From NCBI GenBank assembly GCA_963766885.1, contig CAVYBO010000001.1, forward strand, positions 196,352 to 260,351: a stretch of DNA of 64,000 nt, given 5' to 3'. The translations under genes were made by a program, and so were the position numbers. Each line of letters begins with the position of its first letter. Within the stretch, counting starts at the first letter, position 1. Under the pieces are notes generated by a model. It was not told the origin of the DNA. It searched no databases and was given only the letters and a program-made list of their open reading frames with translations. This stretch comes from an uncultured bacterium. GTDB lineage: Bacteria; Patescibacteriota; Minisyncoccia; Phycocordibacterales; CAIRYW01. Of the stretch, positions 1-9,446 are shown piece by piece.

Positions 1-1125
1 TTCAATCGGATTGATGTTGGTGATTCCCGCAAGATAAGTGACAAGCGATCCCGAAACAGAACCTCTGATGTTTGAGAGGATTCCGTTCTCGCGAGCAAAA
101 CGCAATAGGTCGGCAACTACCAAAAAGTAATTTGCGTAGCCTTTGTTCTTGATGATTTCAAGTTCGTATTCGACGCGCGCCCGCAACTCTGGAGTTTCAA
201 GAACACCACGGTTTGCAAATCCTTCGTTAACGATTTTTTTGAGCTCATCATCCGGCGTTCGTCCTTCAGGAATTTCTATTTTTGGAAATACCCATTTGCC
301 AAGCTCAAGTTCCAAATTGCATTCATTTGCAACCTTTTCATTATTTTGCAGCGCTTCTGGATAATTTTTGAAAAGTTTTTCTATCTCAAATTGGGTCAAA
401 AAAGAGAAGTCGCCGTTATCATCATCCGGCGGCTTACCGCCGAAAGTTTTTTGGATTGCAAGCAGGGTATTGCGCGCTTGCTTGTCCTCCTTTTCAATAT
501 AATAAATATCCTGAGCGGCAATTATTGGAATATTTTTTTCTTTACAAAACCCTGCAATGCGCTCCATTATGCCATCGTGCTCTTCCATTTCCGGATGCAT
601 CGTAATTTCTTGGTACAAATCATCTTTGAAAATGTTTTTATAAAATTCAGCCCATTCTAAAGCTTTGTCTTCATTTGCGTTTCTTATCGCTTGCGCCACG
701 TCTCCGCTAAAAGAAGGCAAGATTGCAATTAATCCATCAGAGTATTTTTCAATCAGTTCCTTATCAATCCTTGGTCGGTAATAAAATCCTTCCAAGTATG
801 AATCTGTGACCAGATGAATTAAATTTTTATAGCCGGTTTCATTTTTTGCCAGAAGCACCAATCGCGTGCGCTTATTATCTATCCTAGCTTCGCGATCAAA
901 ACGTGTTCGGGTGGCAACATAAAAGTCCACCCCGATAATCGGTTTGATGCCAGCATCCTTGCATTCTTTGTAAAATTCGATTGTTCCATACATATTACCA
1001 GCGTCAGTCAGTGCCAAAGAATCCATTTTATCTTCAAGGGCTTTTTTGACTAAACTAGAAATTTTGGGTAATGCCTGAAGCAGCGAATAGTGGGAATGGG
1101 TATGTAGGTGGGTGAATTTGGACAT
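1..1125 (-). CDS. dnaE: DNA polymerase III alpha subunit, N-terminal part (runs off window start)
   Basis: Manual translation from ATG at 1125: MSKFTHLHTHSHYSLLQ...ALTDAGNMYGTIEFYK..GIKPIIG (PHP domain); not in the ORF track because it is truncated. Confidence 0.95.
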   Translation of the reverse strand, partial: MSKFTHLHTHSHYSLLQALPKISSLVKKALEDKMDSLALTDAGNMYGTIEFYKECKDAGIKPIIGVDFYVATRTRFDREARIDNKRTRLVLLAKNETGYKNLIHLVTDSYLEGFYYRPRIDKELIEKYSDGLIAILPSFSGDVAQAIRNANEDKALEWAEFYKNIFKDDLYQEITMHPEMEEHDGIMERIAGFCKEKNIPIIAAQDIYYIEKEDKQARNTLLAIQKTFGGKPPDDDNGDFSFLTQFEIEKLFKNYPEALQNNEKVANECNLELELGKWVFPKIEIPEGRTPDDELKKIVNEGFANRGVLETPELRARVEYELEIIKNKGYANYFLVVADLLRFARENGILSNIRGSVSGSLVTYLAGITNINPIE

Positions 1126-1180
1126 ATTTAGATTTTAGCATAGACACAAAGCGATTATTGATATAAATTACATTTGGCTT

Positions 1181-1390
1181 ATGGAATCAATAGATCTTAC
1201 GTTAGCCCACCCATTGGGCAATACCTCTCTTTTCCAATCGCTTGTGGCAGGCGCCACGAGAAAATTTCCAGGAATTTCCATCACATCCAAAATTCCAGAT
1301 GTTCAAATTTCGGGTACTGATAGTGAAAAACTGCAATCAGCTTTGAACTTTTTTAAGGAAAGGGGTTTCAAAGAGTCTCCGAAGGACTAA
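1181..1390 (+). CDS. small hypothetical protein (69 aa)
   Basis: ATG ORF filling the gap between dnaE and rnhB; no recognisable motif. Confidence 0.5.
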   Translation: MESIDLTLAHPLGNTSLFQSLVAGATRKFPGISITSKIPDVQISGTDSEKLQSALNFFKERGFKESPKD

Positions 1391-1425
1391 ACCTCTCGGA
1401 GTATTTTTTATTCTATAATTAACTT

Positions 1426-2013
1426 GTGAAGAATTTTAAATACATTGCAGGAATTGATGAGGCGGGCAGGGGGCCGATTGCGGGACCTGTGGCCGTGGGA
1501 ATTTTTGTTGCTCCAAAAGACTTTGATTTCAGTAAACTTCCGAATTTAAACGATAGCAAAAAGCTTTCTGCCAAACAAAGAGAAGAAATTTTTTCTATAA
1601 TCAAAGTCTTGGCAGATAAAAATGAAGTCAAATTTGCTGTATCCTTGATTTCCGAAAAAATCATAGACAAGGACGGAATTTCCAAAGCAGTCAGACTTGG
1701 TATAGAGGAATGTATCAAAAAAATAAATCTCGATTGTAAAGAAACTTTTATCTACCTGGACGGACTTCTTAAAGCGCCTGGAGAATTTGCTCAAGAAACG
1801 GTTATCAAAGGTGATGAAAAAATTCCTCAAATTTCGGCGGCTTCAATTTGCGCCAAGGTGCTTCGTGATGAATTTATGATCAATTTGTCAAAACAATTTC
1901 CAGAATACGGTTTTGATAAGCATAAAGGATATGGAACGAAGGGGCACTATGAAGCTTTATCCGAGAAAGGCGTATCTGAAGTTCATAGGAAAACATTTCT
2001 TATTAAGACTTGA
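1426..2013 (+). CDS. rnhB: ribonuclease HII
   Basis: GIDEAGRGPIAGPV, DSKKL, KGDEK..ISAASI.AKV.RD, HKGYGT motifs. Confidence 0.97.
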   Translation: MKNFKYIAGIDEAGRGPIAGPVAVGIFVAPKDFDFSKLPNLNDSKKLSAKQREEIFSIIKVLADKNEVKFAVSLISEKIIDKDGISKAVRLGIEECIKKINLDCKETFIYLDGLLKAPGEFAQETVIKGDEKIPQISAASICAKVLRDEFMINLSKQFPEYGFDKHKGYGTKGHYEALSEKGVSEVHRKTFLIKT

Positions 2014-2046
2014 TAAATCAGAGTTTATAAGTATAATAGCTTTATT

Positions 2047-2265
2047 ATGGTTGTAAGAATGCGAAGCACCCGGTCGCATACCGGAAATAGAAGAAGCCAC
2101 CACAAGCTCACAGCTGCTTCTTTGACTGTCTGCCCAAAATGCCAAAGCAAAAAGCTTAAGCATCACGCTTGCGGCAAATGCGGGTTCTACAAAGAAATTT
2201 CTGTCATTAATACAGTTTCCAAAGCCGAGAAAAAGGCCAAAAAAGAGAAAGCAAAACAAAAATAG
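2047..2265 (+). CDS. rpmF: 50S ribosomal protein L32
   Basis: RRSHH..L, CPKC..HHACGKCGFY zinc ribbon. Confidence 0.95.
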   Translation: MVVRMRSTRSHTGNRRSHHKLTAASLTVCPKCQSKKLKHHACGKCGFYKEISVINTVSKAEKKAKKEKAKQK

Positions 2266-2335
2266 ACTAGGGAGTTTCCTTAAAATTGAATGATCTTTAT
2301 TTTCCACACAAGCTCAAAAAAGAGACGCATATAAA

Positions 2336-3241
2336 ATGGCAAACAGGCACCTTTCAAGATCAATAGTTCTACAAACACTCTTTGAGTGGGATTTCAACGG
2401 CAACAATAATTCAAACATTCCAACAATTCTAAAAAAAGATATTGAAGAATTTGGATCTGGAGCCGGAGATGATGAATTTATGATCAAGCTTGCTACAGGC
2501 GTTGCCAAGAAGCGCAGCGACTTGGATAAAATAATTGAAAAAGCCGCTCCTGATTGGCCTTTGGATAAAATTGCAAACGTGGACAGAAATGTTTTGCGTA
2601 TTGGGCTTTATGAACTCCTTTTTTCTGATCGCACTCAAGTGCCAGCCAAAGTGGCAATCAACGAGGCTATTGAACTGGCCAAAACATATGGCGGAGCAAC
2701 AAGCGGTAAATTCATAAACGGAGTTTTGGGCGCAGTTTACAAAGAACTCGGCGAACCGGGCAAAGACGAAGAGTCTAAAAGAAAAAAGAATATCGTTGAA
2801 GTTCCTTACGAGGAAATGCCGATTGAGAAACTTGTCGGCGCAGTAGTTTATGCCAAAGATGGTAGTAGCTTGTATTTAGGACTTGTGCATGATGTTTTTG
2901 GGAAGTGGACTTTATCAAAAGGACATATGATTGATGGGGAAACTGACGAACAGGCAATAATTAGAAAAGTTGAGGAAGAAATGGGCGCAAAAGTGAAAAA
3001 TGTTTTTGATAAGCTTGGAGAAAATGAATACGTAGCAACCCATCCAAGTGAAGGTAAAGTTAGAAAGCAAGTCGTTTATTATTTAGCAGAATCAAGTTAC
3101 AAGGAACTTCGATTAGGTAATTCTGGAGGCTTAGATGACGCAAAGTGGTTTAAACTTTCTGAAATACTTGACCTTAATTTTTATGATGATATTCTGCCGC
3201 TCGTTACCAAAGCCTTAAATATTTTGGCAACGAAGAAATAG
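2336..3241 (+). CDS. nusB: transcription antitermination factor NusB fused to a C-terminal NUDIX domain
   Basis: RHLSR..LQ.LFE, DRNVLR, VAINEAIELAK.YG..SGKFINGVLG; C-terminal WTLSKGH..GE..RKVEEEMG NUDIX-like box. Confidence 0.92.
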   Translation: MANRHLSRSIVLQTLFEWDFNGNNNSNIPTILKKDIEEFGSGAGDDEFMIKLATGVAKKRSDLDKIIEKAAPDWPLDKIANVDRNVLRIGLYELLFSDRTQVPAKVAINEAIELAKTYGGATSGKFINGVLGAVYKELGEPGKDEESKRKKNIVEVPYEEMPIEKLVGAVVYAKDGSSLYLGLVHDVFGKWTLSKGHMIDGETDEQAIIRKVEEEMGAKVKNVFDKLGENEYVATHPSEGKVRKQVVYYLAESSYKELRLGNSGGLDDAKWFKLSEILDLNFYDDILPLVTKALNILATKK

Positions 3242-3246
3242 TTAAA

Positions 3247-3933
3247 ATGAATTTAGATAATTTTGAAAAAAAAACAGGGCTCAATTTCAAAAATAAAGAG
3301 CTCTTAAAAAGTGCGTTTACCCACCGCTCGTATTTAAACGAGCATAAAGGATCTGGAATGGAGCACAACGAGCGTTTGGAGTTTTTGGGCGATGCGGTTT
3401 TGGAGCTTTCTGTCACACGTTTTCTTTTTGATAAATATTCAAAAAAGCCAGAAGGCGAACTTACAGCTCTCCGCGCGGCGCTGGTTAATTCTGTGATGCT
3501 TGCTCAAGTGGCGAGCGATCTGGGCTTTGAAGATTTTCTTTTGCTTAGTCGCGGAGAAGCCAAAGATACAGGCAGGGCAAGGCAATATATTTTGGCCAAC
3601 ACTTTTGAATCTGTTGTCGGCGCGATTTATTTAGACCTTGGATTTGAGGCCGCAGATAAATTTATTGAAAAATATATTTTTCCAAAAGCGGAAGAGATAG
3701 AAAAAAAGAAGCTTTGGGTTGATGCTAAAAGTTATTTTCAAGAAAAAGCTCAAGAAAAAACAGGTGTTACGCCAACGTACAAGACTCTTAAGGCAATTGG
3801 TCCGGATCACGACAAAGAATTTCACGTTGGACTTTTTATCGCGGGTGATTTGGTGAGCGAGGGCAGAGGCAAAAGCAAACAAGAAGCAGAAACCGAAGCA
3901 GCAAGAATCGGACTTGAGAAAAAGGGCTGGTAA
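3247..3933 (+). CDS. rnc: ribonuclease III
   Basis: AFTHRSY, NERLEFLGDAVL signature, C-terminal dsRBD (GPDHDKEF, G.GKSKQEAE..AA). Confidence 0.98.
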   Translation: MNLDNFEKKTGLNFKNKELLKSAFTHRSYLNEHKGSGMEHNERLEFLGDAVLELSVTRFLFDKYSKKPEGELTALRAALVNSVMLAQVASDLGFEDFLLLSRGEAKDTGRARQYILANTFESVVGAIYLDLGFEAADKFIEKYIFPKAEEIEKKKLWVDAKSYFQEKAQEKTGVTPTYKTLKAIGPDHDKEFHVGLFIAGDLVSEGRGKSKQEAETEAARIGLEKKGW

Positions 3934-3940
3934 TTTGAAT

Positions 3941-3968
3941 AAAAAAATTGCGCCTCTAAGGGGCGCGC
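3941..3968. terminator. GC hairpin between convergent genes (probable terminator)
   Basis: A-run followed by GCGCCTC-TAAG-GGGCGC inverted repeat. Confidence 0.55.
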
Positions 3969-4250
3969 TTAGTCACTGTGTCCATAGACTTTGATTATGT
4001 AAACAATGTCGCAATTCTTGATGCCGAGATCCTCGTGGATGTCTACTCTCTGTTCGGCGATCTCGCGTGTGAAATGTTGATAAAGAGAAGGATTCATTCG
4101 ACCCCATCTCAATGCACAAAATTCTCGCCACATGCGATCAAGAGTTTTCTCACGGCTCACTTTCTCAACCTTTATAATGTCCGTATCTGTCGAAGTGTAA
4201 GAGCCGAACGCCAGCCACGGAATCAACAGAAAGATCAGGAACGTCTTCAT
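3969..4250 (-). CDS. hypothetical secreted/membrane protein
   Basis: MKTFLIFLLIPWLAFG signal-like N-terminus; TTGACT -35-like box upstream on the minus strand. Confidence 0.55.
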   Translation of the reverse strand: MKTFLIFLLIPWLAFGSYTSTDTDIIKVEKVSREKTLDRMWREFCALRWGRMNPSLYQHFTREIAEQRVDIHEDLGIKNCDIVYIIKVYGHSD

Positions 4251-4320
4251 ACAAACCCTATTCAATACCTAAAACAAATTAAGTCAAGTATAAAAAATCG
4301 CTTAACTAGTAAGCGTTTGG

Positions 4321-4548
4321 TTAAATTCTAAAGAGCAGGAAAAATCCTGGACAGCTGAGGCTTTGCAGTCCACCGCACCTGAGGCTAGTTGCTTTTCCGA
4401 ATGCCGCCAGGATTTGTTTGAAATTTTCTTCGGAGGTGTTGCTAGGAATTTCCAAAAGGAAACCGAACGGGCGGGATCCCTCAGGTAGTTCCATAATTCT
4501 CCTTTGAGTATCTCCTGCTTCTTGTAATAGATCTTCGGGTGTTTTCAT
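4321..4548 (-). CDS. small hypothetical protein
   Basis: ATG ORF; TTGACT promoter-like box upstream; hairpin CGCTTA..TAAGCG downstream. Confidence 0.55.
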   Translation of the reverse strand: MKTPEDLLQEAGDTQRRIMELPEGSRPFGFLLEIPSNTSEENFKQILAAFGKATSLRCGGLQSLSCPGFFLLFRI

Positions 4549-4620
4549 GTGCGTTTATTCTGATATTATCTTTTATTAAGTTAAAGTCAAATATCATTTT
4601 TTTTGATATTATTATGGCTA

Positions 4621-6849
4621 ATGAATCTCAAATCTTTGGAATTAAACGGATTTAAGTCTTTTGGCAAAAAGACTGTTTTGGAATTTACTACTCCTATCAC
4701 ATCTATTGTTGGTCCAAATGGCAGCGGCAAATCAAACGTGGCAGAAAGTTTTAGATTTGTACTTGGAGAGCAGTCTATAAAAAGTATGCGAGGCAAGCGC
4801 GGAGAGGACTTGATCTTTAACGGATCAAACGATGCGCCAAGAGCCAATCGCGCGTCTGTAAAATTGAATTTTGATAATAAAAATAAGCTTTTCAATATTG
4901 ATTTTGATGAAGTCTCTATTGAGCGAGTAGTTTACCGCGACGGTGTAAATGAATATTCAATCAATGGAAGCAAAGTGCGACTCAAGGACGTTTTTGAACT
5001 TTTGGCCAACGCGCACATTGGGGCATCTGGTCACCACATAATTTCTCAAGGCGAGGCAGACAGAATTTTGCATACAAACGCCAAGGAGCGCAAAGAAATG
5101 ATAGAAGACGCGCTTGGAATTAAAATTTTTCAATATAAAAAGGAAGAGAGCCAAAGAAAGCTCGAAAAAACACAAGAGAATATGAAAGAGGTTGAATCTT
5201 TGCGCAGGGAAATTGCTCCGCATCTTAAATTTCTTAGACGCCAGGTTGAAAAAATAGAAAAATCCAAGGAGATTAGGAATGAGCTCGTTGCTGCATCAAA
5301 AGAATATTTTGCTGTTGAAGAAAAATATATTGCGGAAGAAAAAAAGAGTCTTTTTGAAGCGCGCCAGATTCCAGAGAGGGAATTAAAAGAACTTCAGAAT
5401 AAACTTCAAGAGACCAAAAAAATAATTGAAGCAAGCCAAATGACCGACGACAAATCTTCAGAAATTGTTGACCTAGAAGAAGGCTTGGGAGAAGCCCGCA
5501 AGCACAAGGATGAAATTGTCCGAGAACTGGGCAGAATTGAAGGAGAGATTTCTTATGTCCTAAAAACAATTTCAGCAGAAAAAGAGGAAAAGGAAGAGAT
5601 TGGAAAAACTGTCTTGCTTGCAGATGTGCAAAAGTTGTCTGAAGAAGTTAAATTTGAAATTGAAAAAAGCAGAGAAGCAAGTACTGTTGAAGGGTTAAAA
5701 GAATCTTTGTCTATAGTTGGAAGACTGGTTTCCGCTTTTATAGAAAAAAGCAAGGGGTCTACTTCGCCAATTTTAGGCAAACTTCAAGCTGAGCTTGTGG
5801 TTTTGAAAGAAAAGCAAAAAGAGCTTGAAAACAGTCTGTCGGAAGCCAAAAATCAAGAATCTTCTTTTGTTTCAAAATATGAAGAAAAACGAAGCCAGAT
5901 GGAAAAAAGCAAAGATGATACCAAAGAAGCTGAAAAGGAAGTTTTCAAAATTGTTGCTAAACAAAACGAACTTCACGCAGCGCTTGATAAAATTCTTGCA
6001 AAGGAATCCACTCTTCGCATGGACGAAGATCAGTTCAAGCAAGACTTGGGAGACATCGGCAGGCTTGCTGGAATTGAAGCTGTGAAATATACAGATGAGA
6101 ATACTTTAGTTGCTGATAGAGCTCTTCAGCACGAAAAAAGAAAGCATATTGAACGGCTTAAAATTCGCTTAGAAGAAACAGGAATTTCGGGCGGTGAAGA
6201 TGTGCTCAAAGAATATACAGATACCGAAGAGAGAGATATTTTTTTGGCTAAGGAATTAGAAGATTTGAAGGTTGCCAGTGAAGATTTGAACAACTTGATA
6301 AGAGATTTGGAAGAAAAACTTGGCTTTGAATTTAAAAACGGCATTGCCAAAATTAATGAAGAATTTCAAAAGTTTTTTGCGCTGATGTTTGGTGGTGGCA
6401 AAGCAATGTTAAAAATTATTAAGCAAGAAAAGAGAACAAGGAATCAAGAATTTGAAATGGATACGGAAATTGTTGAATCAAATATTTCAACAGAAGAGGG
6501 AATTGACATAGAAATTTCTCTGCCGCACAAAAAAATCAAAGGACTTATTATGCTTTCCGGTGGAGAAAGAGCTCTCACATCAATTGCGCTTCTTTTTGCA
6601 ATGAGTCAGGTCAATCCGCCGCCGTTTGTTATTTTGGATGAAACAGATGCAGCACTTGATGAAGCTAATAGCCGCAAATACGGCGATATGGTAGAGAGTC
6701 TTTCAAAAAGTTCAGAGCTAATTGTCATTACTCACAATCGCGAAACAATGAGCCGCGCCGGCGTGCTCTATGGAGTAACTATGGGCAAAGACGCAGTTTC
6801 TAAACTTCTGTCTATTGCATTTGATGAAGCGGTAGAAGTGGCGAAGTAA
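4621..6849 (+). CDS. smc: SMC-family chromosome segregation ATPase, short form (742 aa)
   Basis: GFKSF, Walker A GPNGSGKSN, IISQG, coiled coils, LSGGE signature, Walker B ILDETDAALD, ITH. Confidence 0.92.
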   Translation: MNLKSLELNGFKSFGKKTVLEFTTPITSIVGPNGSGKSNVAESFRFVLGEQSIKSMRGKRGEDLIFNGSNDAPRANRASVKLNFDNKNKLFNIDFDEVSIERVVYRDGVNEYSINGSKVRLKDVFELLANAHIGASGHHIISQGEADRILHTNAKERKEMIEDALGIKIFQYKKEESQRKLEKTQENMKEVESLRREIAPHLKFLRRQVEKIEKSKEIRNELVAASKEYFAVEEKYIAEEKKSLFEARQIPERELKELQNKLQETKKIIEASQMTDDKSSEIVDLEEGLGEARKHKDEIVRELGRIEGEISYVLKTISAEKEEKEEIGKTVLLADVQKLSEEVKFEIEKSREASTVEGLKESLSIVGRLVSAFIEKSKGSTSPILGKLQAELVVLKEKQKELENSLSEAKNQESSFVSKYEEKRSQMEKSKDDTKEAEKEVFKIVAKQNELHAALDKILAKESTLRMDEDQFKQDLGDIGRLAGIEAVKYTDENTLVADRALQHEKRKHIERLKIRLEETGISGGEDVLKEYTDTEERDIFLAKELEDLKVASEDLNNLIRDLEEKLGFEFKNGIAKINEEFQKFFALMFGGGKAMLKIIKQEKRTRNQEFEMDTEIVESNISTEEGIDIEISLPHKKIKGLIMLSGGERALTSIALLFAMSQVNPPPFVILDETDAALDEANSRKYGDMVESLSKSSELIVITHNRETMSRAGVLYGVTMGKDAVSKLLSIAFDEAVEVAK

Positions 6850-6875
6850 GTTTTAATAGCATATAATTTATTATT

Positions 6876-7124
6876 ATGAGTAGAGGTTTCAAAATATTTT
6901 TAGCTACTATTTCTTTGTTGGTGGGATACTTTTTAGTTTTTATGATACCCCTATCGTGTGGTGACAATTATTGTAGTCAATTGTATACATCCGTACCCCC
7001 AATTATATACTTAATTGTTTTCATTTCCTATATTACATTTCTTATAAGTAAAAAGGATTTATTCTTTTGGATTTCTCTTATTCCTATTATCTTTATATTT
7101 TTTGAGATTTTAAAGGTTTTCTAA
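6876..7124 (+). CDS. small membrane protein (about 3 TM)
   Basis: Three hydrophobic segments; very AT-rich. Confidence 0.6.
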   Translation: MSRGFKIFLATISLLVGYFLVFMIPLSCGDNYCSQLYTSVPPIIYLIVFISYITFLISKKDLFFWISLIPIIFIFFEILKVF

Positions 7125-7186
7125 ATTAATATTTTATATTGACCAAACTGGGTTGTTTTGGTAGTATTTCCCCACAAATCAAAAAG

Positions 7187-7594
7187 ATGTTAAAAATCAG
7201 ATTACAAAGAGTTGGAAGAAAGCACGAGCCAGCATTCAGGCTTGTTTTGACTGATTCCCAGAACAGCACCAAAAGCGGAAGGTTTTTGGAAGTTTTGGGC
7301 AACCACGATTTTCGCCTAGAAAAAAACACAAAGCTTGAAAAAGACAGGATTTTGCATTGGATAAAAGTTGGAGCAAAACCTTCAGACACTGCGCACAACC
7401 TTTTGATTGAACACAAAATAATCACTGGTAAGAAAATAAACGTTTTGCCAAAGAAAACAGTTCCAAAGAAAGAAGAGCCTGCGCAAGCTGCAACATCCGC
7501 TCCAGTTTCTGAAGCCCCAAAAGAAGAAGTTAAAGCAGAGGAAGTAAAAGAAGAGACTCCTGCAGAAGCGCCAGCTGAAACTCCAGCTAACTAA
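7187..7594 (+). CDS. rpsP: 30S ribosomal protein S16 with acidic/Pro-Ala tail
   Basis: MLKIRLQRVGRK..P.FR.V, G.F.E.LG, W...GA.PSDT. Confidence 0.97.
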   Translation: MLKIRLQRVGRKHEPAFRLVLTDSQNSTKSGRFLEVLGNHDFRLEKNTKLEKDRILHWIKVGAKPSDTAHNLLIEHKIITGKKINVLPKKTVPKKEEPAQAATSAPVSEAPKEEVKAEEVKEETPAEAPAETPAN

Positions 7595-7623
7595 ATTTAA
7601 ATATAAAATTTGCAATAAAAATT

Positions 7624-7647
7624 CCGCCTTCAATGAGGCGGTTTTTT
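7624..7647 (+). terminator. Rho-independent terminator after rpsP
   Basis: CCGCCT-TCAATG-AGGCGG followed by T6. Confidence 0.8.
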
Positions 7648-7658
7648 GTGTTAACAAC

Positions 7659-8822
7659 TTAAGCTTCGATGTGAGTCGACTTTTTTTCGGGAGCGGGCGC
7701 TGTAGGTGTGGATGTGAACTCCAGATTGCAGACAACCTTGAAGAACTCGGGCATCACTTCGCTTGTTTTTTCTCGAAGGATTATCGCAACATCTCGGACG
7801 CACTTTCTGATCTCTTCCTGTTTTTCTTCCAGAGACAAGGTCATCAACACCCCGTGCCCGGAGTAAACAGAGATTTTCACCTCCAGGATATCCATCGTGT
7901 CGGGGTTCCAGATAACCTCCTCGACTTTACTGAACAGCGAGGTAAAATCCTCTTTGTAGGAGAGGATATCTCGGATAACCATCACCTTTTGCCGGAGTTT
8001 TTCGACTGCTCTGGCAGAAGCCGCAGACAGTACTTCAAGCGAAGGAAGACCAGCTTCTGTCTCAGTGGTAAGCGGACGATAGTCCATAAGCGGCAGAATG
8101 ACTGGCGCCCAGATGATATTGTCCATCGGGTTTCCACCAAAGACGTTTCCGTTTTTGGTGAATCGATTCCAAATGGCATTGACTATTTTTGCCGCAGATT
8201 GTTCATGGACATTAATCTTCGATTCGCCGATCCACCTTAGCAGATTGCACATCTGTTCGATGCTTCCGAGACGATATGCGTCTTCAACCGCCTCAGCGAC
8301 CGCTTCCTGGTATGGATTCACTCTGCCGAACCGGGCTTTTGAGGAATTGAGCCTGATGAGCTTTATCCACCAATCCTTGGCATCCTCGTCGGACGCTTTG
8401 GCGATCTGCTCGATAATCCAGCTAGCCAGAGTTGCAACTACCGTGTGGCTAACATATTCCAGATTGTCGCGGAGATTGTCCTCGAACAGCTTGATCAGTC
8501 TGAAGCAGTCCAGTACGAAACCCGGGTGACTGGCATCGTAGCTGGTTCGCCAGTAGCTAAGCAAACCAACGTGCGAATCAATTTTACCGTGTAGCGTGCG
8601 CCTGTCTTTTGGCAGGGCAATTTTTGGCCAGGAGACATCGGGTTGAGTATTCATGACCCAGCTTACCATCCGTCGTTCAACCATTTCGAGCGCCTCCAAG
8701 TCATCGGAAACATCCCTGAACGTTTCGTAGGTGTCTATATCATTGCGGCCAAAAGCTAATTTGGCCACTGAGTTTTTGTGTCGTTCGTTCACTGCGTATT
8801 TAGTTGTTCTTTCTTGTTTCAA
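7659..8822 (-). CDS. hypothetical protein (387 aa), visibly higher GC than flanks
   Basis: Long ORF antisense to the rpsP-khpA cluster; TTG start uncertain; no motif recognised. Confidence 0.7.
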   Translation of the reverse strand: MKQERTTKYAVNERHKNSVAKLAFGRNDIDTYETFRDVSDDLEALEMVERRMVSWVMNTQPDVSWPKIALPKDRRTLHGKIDSHVGLLSYWRTSYDASHPGFVLDCFRLIKLFEDNLRDNLEYVSHTVVATLASWIIEQIAKASDEDAKDWWIKLIRLNSSKARFGRVNPYQEAVAEAVEDAYRLGSIEQMCNLLRWIGESKINVHEQSAAKIVNAIWNRFTKNGNVFGGNPMDNIIWAPVILPLMDYRPLTTETEAGLPSLEVLSAASARAVEKLRQKVMVIRDILSYKEDFTSLFSKVEEVIWNPDTMDILEVKISVYSGHGVLMTLSLEEKQEEIRKCVRDVAIILREKTSEVMPEFFKVVCNLEFTSTPTAPAPEKKSTHIEA

Positions 8823-9054
8823 GCTTTTCCCGTAGGAAGAGTTTAGACAAAGAAAGTCTTCGGCAAAGCCCGTAGGCCAAGCGGAAGAATGTTCATTTTG
8901 CTGGCGTACCAGCGGTTCGGTTTAACTATAGAAGATGGGCTGACGATGTCAATTTTATTTTTTGATATTTTATTTTGAGTAATGTATAATTTTGATAGCA
9001 GTAAAAACGGGAAAACCCAGTCGTGCTGCATTTAACAGTAAGTAAGAAAAAACA

Positions 9055-9390
9055 ATGAACGAAAGAGATACAGAGTTTTTGGAATATGTGGTCAAAGCTT
9101 TAGTAGACAAGCCGGATGCTGTAAAGATCAGCAGAACAGTTGATGAGATGGGAGTTCTCCTTTCTTTGTCAGTTGATCCTATTGATATGGGTAAAGTTAT
9201 CGGCAGAAGCGGCAACACAGCCAAGGCAATCAGAACTTTGCTTAAAGTTGTTGGAATGAAAAACAATGCAAGAGTGAATCTAAAGATCAATGAACCGGAA
9301 GGAAGTACAAGACCAGAAAGGACAGATGCTCCTCGCGGAGAGTCAAAAATGAAGAGTGTTGACGAGGCAATGGATGAATTGAAAATCTGA
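9055..9390 (+). CDS. khpA: KH-domain RNA-binding protein (KhpA/YlqC family)
   Basis: LEYVVKALVD.PD.V, D.GKVIGRSG.TAKAIRTLL; usual position between rpsP and trmD. Confidence 0.9.
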   Translation: MNERDTEFLEYVVKALVDKPDAVKISRTVDEMGVLLSLSVDPIDMGKVIGRSGNTAKAIRTLLKVVGMKNNARVNLKINEPEGSTRPERTDAPRGESKMKSVDEAMDELKI

Positions 9391-9413
9391 TTTAATTTAA
9401 GAAATTTTTTTCA

Positions 9414-9446
9414 AAACCGCCCAGATATATCAACGGGGCGGTTTTT
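9414..9446 (+). terminator. Rho-independent terminator after khpA
   Basis: AAACCGCCC..GGGCGGTTTTTT. Confidence 0.8.

Noticed and set aside
143-660. Plus-strand ORFs at the window start
   Set aside because: Antisense to dnaE, which the ORF track missed because it is truncated.
7671-8529. Long plus-strand ORFs (189 aa, 143 aa)
   Set aside because: Antisense shadows of the higher-GC 387-aa gene.
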